Part shown: in pieces, positions 61,672-64,000 of the stretch
How the letters are laid out: every line of letters starts with the position of its first letter
Position numbering within the stretch: the stretch's first letter is position 1
Assembly: GCA_973895155.1 (NCBI GenBank)
Contig: OZ316892.1
Span: 15,244,861 to 15,308,860, forward strand
Length of the DNA: 64,000 nt
Source: Marsupella aquatica
Taxonomy: Eukaryota > Plantae > Marchantiophyta
Direction of reading: 5' to 3'
Made by a program: the position numbers and the translations under genes
The notes under the pieces: generated by a model
Database searches by the model: none
The model's input: the letters and a program-made list of their open reading frames with translations, nothing else
Told to the model about the DNA's origin: nothing

Positions 61672-63507
61672 CCTTGGGAATTTGGGATCCAGATGTTTCG
61701 GATGCAGAATTTATCTCCCTCAGGTCAGAATGTGAAAGCCTCGCTTTTCCTCTTTGAGTTGTTGACTCTTCTTGCTGATCCAATTCACTTGGCTGAAGGG
61801 CATTGGATGATCAATTAACGGGCGTGTGTGTATATCTGTTGGCGAAATACTCTTTTGTCTATTATTTGACGGAACACTGTTTCGTGCATTTTTTGGAGGA
61901 CCATTTGGAGATACGAAGGTCAAACTCGCTCCGGAGAACACCACATCTTTCACATCTTGTAACTTGGAGTCAAATGAAAGTTGTTTCTTTGCCGACTCTG
62001 ACTCTACACCAAGAGATAATTTTCCTTTTCTCAACTTTCGTCCACCAAATGGGGGCCGCAGCTCCCGCAAGGTGTTAGCACACTGCTCGTCTGTAGCCGA
62101 ATCAATTTGGGGATTCTCATCCATAGTATCAATCAGTTGTATGTCTTTCTTCTCTTTTAGTGGCTCCTTGCCCTTCCGGTGGATATTTTTCTTCTTCCTA
62201 CTCTCGCCTTTCTCTTTCCTATCACTCTCCTCCTTGTTTCTATCATTCTCCTCCCTCTCTTTCCTCCATTCTTTTTCCTTTTTGTCATTTTCCTCCTTCT
62301 CTTTTCTATCTTGCTTCTCCTTCTCTTTTCGATTGTTCTCCTTGTTCTCTTTCCAATCCAACTCCTCTGTCTCTTTCCGATTGTTCTCCTCCTTCTCTTT
62401 TCTATCTTGCTCTTGCTTCTATTTCTGATCTTGCTCCTCCTTCTCTTTCAGATCTTTCTCTGCCTTCTCTTTTCTACCCTGCTCCTCTTTTTGTTCTATA
62501 ACGTTCTCTTTCCGATCGTTCTCCGCCTTCTCTTTTCTGTCCTGCTCTTTCCTCTGTTCTCTATCGTGCTCCTTCTTCTGTTCTCTATCATGCTTCTCTT
62601 TTCTATCCTGCTCTTGCTTCTCTTTCCGATTTTGCTCCTGCTGCTCTTTCCAATCTTGCTCCTGCTTCTCTTCCCGATCTTTATCTGCCTTTTCTTTTCT
62701 ATCCTGCTCCTCTTTTTGTGTTCTATCCTCCTCCTTCTTCTGTTCTCTATTGCGCTCCTCCTTCTCTTTTAGATCGTTCTGCTCCTTCTCTTTTCTTTCC
62801 TGCTCCTCTTTTTGTTCTCTATCCTTCTCTTTCCGATCTTTCTCTTCCTTCTCTTTTTGATTGCTATCCTTTCTATCCCGCTCCTCTTGTTGTTTCTTAG
62901 CTATTCTTTCCTTCCTATCTTTCTCTTTGTTCTCTTCTTCCTCCTTCAATTCTTTCTCTTTCCTTGCTTTGTTCTCCTCATTCTCCTTTTGATCATGCTC
63001 CTCTTTGTCTATTTTCTCTTTCTTATCCAGCTCATCCATGTTCTCTTTCCCTTCTGTATCCTTCTCCTCCCTCTCCCTTGCTTCTTGCTTGAGCTCTACT
63101 TGTGGCTTCTCTTCCGCCTTCTCAACTTCTTCCTCCCACTTTCCTTTTTTCTTGGCATTCCTTTTCTTTGGTCCCTCATAGTCATCGCTATCATCCTCTC
63201 CAAGTTGTCCGCCGGATCCGGATGCCTCCCATTTGTGGTCAGAATGCGGTTGATCATTTTCACTAGTAGGTGGACTCAACACCTCTTTGTACTCAATGTG
63301 GAGTTTATCTTCTAAAAACTTGGAACGTCGTTCTTTCATTGGGGAGTCATCACCACTCTCACCACCATTCAATTTGTCTGTCACTTGTGTATTTTTCCCG
63401 GAATGACTACTAAAATCTTTCCCTCCATTCATACAATGTAAATATGATGTCTCAGGATGTTCATCCATGATCTCAGTAGGATCACCACCTAGTGCAACCA
63501 TTTGCAA
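61672..63507 (-). pseudogene. Lys/Glu-rich low-complexity exon upstream of the Ulp1 domain; gene continues beyond the window
   Basis: ORFs 62419-63507 and 61720-62361 are in frame across one TAG. Repeated 'DRKEKEEQ'-like octads. Donor CCAAG|GTATG at ~61672; a probable frameshift lies near its end. Confidence 0.7.
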
Positions 63508-64000
63508 AACTTTAATATAAAAGTTAATGCACTTTAGACATATTTCAAGAAATTATACAAGACATGGAGAAACGTTCTATACTTAGGGATAGACGTCAAC
63601 AAGCATTTAAACTAATTTACAAATTAAGTGAAAAATAATACTTCATAATAACAATTGGAAGACAAGTACAAATTGATGAGTTGGAGAAGTGTTGGGGATC
63701 CTCTGCAGAAACCTTACACCCTATACTAAATCCTCTTTTGCTCTACCTCTTAAAGGTCCTATTGGGATACTGGAAGGAAGCTCATAAGGGAAAGAGTCTC
63801 CCATAGGGTCACTTGGCTCTTGAAGGCCATAATTACTCGTTAATTACCCGAGAGATTTCAATATCCTCCAATCTGTAGTTCTCTTTTAGGGTGTCTAACA
63901 TATCATCTCGAACTTCAAAGATAGTTTTCTTCTTCATTATTTTCCGTTGCAGAAGCTTCTCAAAAGTCTTTCTATCAGGGCATTGTTCGGGTACTTCATC

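Noticed and set aside
61803-63315. Long Leu/Phe/Ser-rich + strand ORFs resembling membrane proteins
   Set aside because: They are antisense shadows of the purine-rich KE-repeat exon.

Overview
Eukaryotic plant nuclear DNA with spliceosomal introns and many transposons. The genes and TE families look like those of an early-diverging land plant, possibly a liverwort (inference). Host genes: the 5' end of a CERK1/LYK-type LysM receptor gene (1-522, -, missing from the ORF track), a DUF538 protein, a lung-7TM/TMEM87 gene, a plastid pyridoxamine-5'-phosphate-oxidase-like/DUF2470 gene, and BUB3. Mobile DNA: a full-length decayed Ty1/copia element (6571-12618, TG..CA ends, TSD GTTAT); a full-length chromodomain Ty3/gypsy element (22118-30814); a solo LTR and several older LTR pieces of that same family; Helitron-like minisatellite arrays; a decayed DNA-transposase-like gene; a gag remnant; and a KE-rich/Ulp1/FCP1-like gene at the right edge. 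The main finding is that the chromovirus family has non-canonical LTR termini, 5'-AGT...ACT-3' instead of TG...CA. Four separate lines of evidence in the window fix these boundaries: two different 5-bp TSDs, an uninterrupted twin of the insertion site, a reading frame restored when the solo LTR is removed, and the same termini in older diverged copies. All coordinates and splice sites were read by eye.
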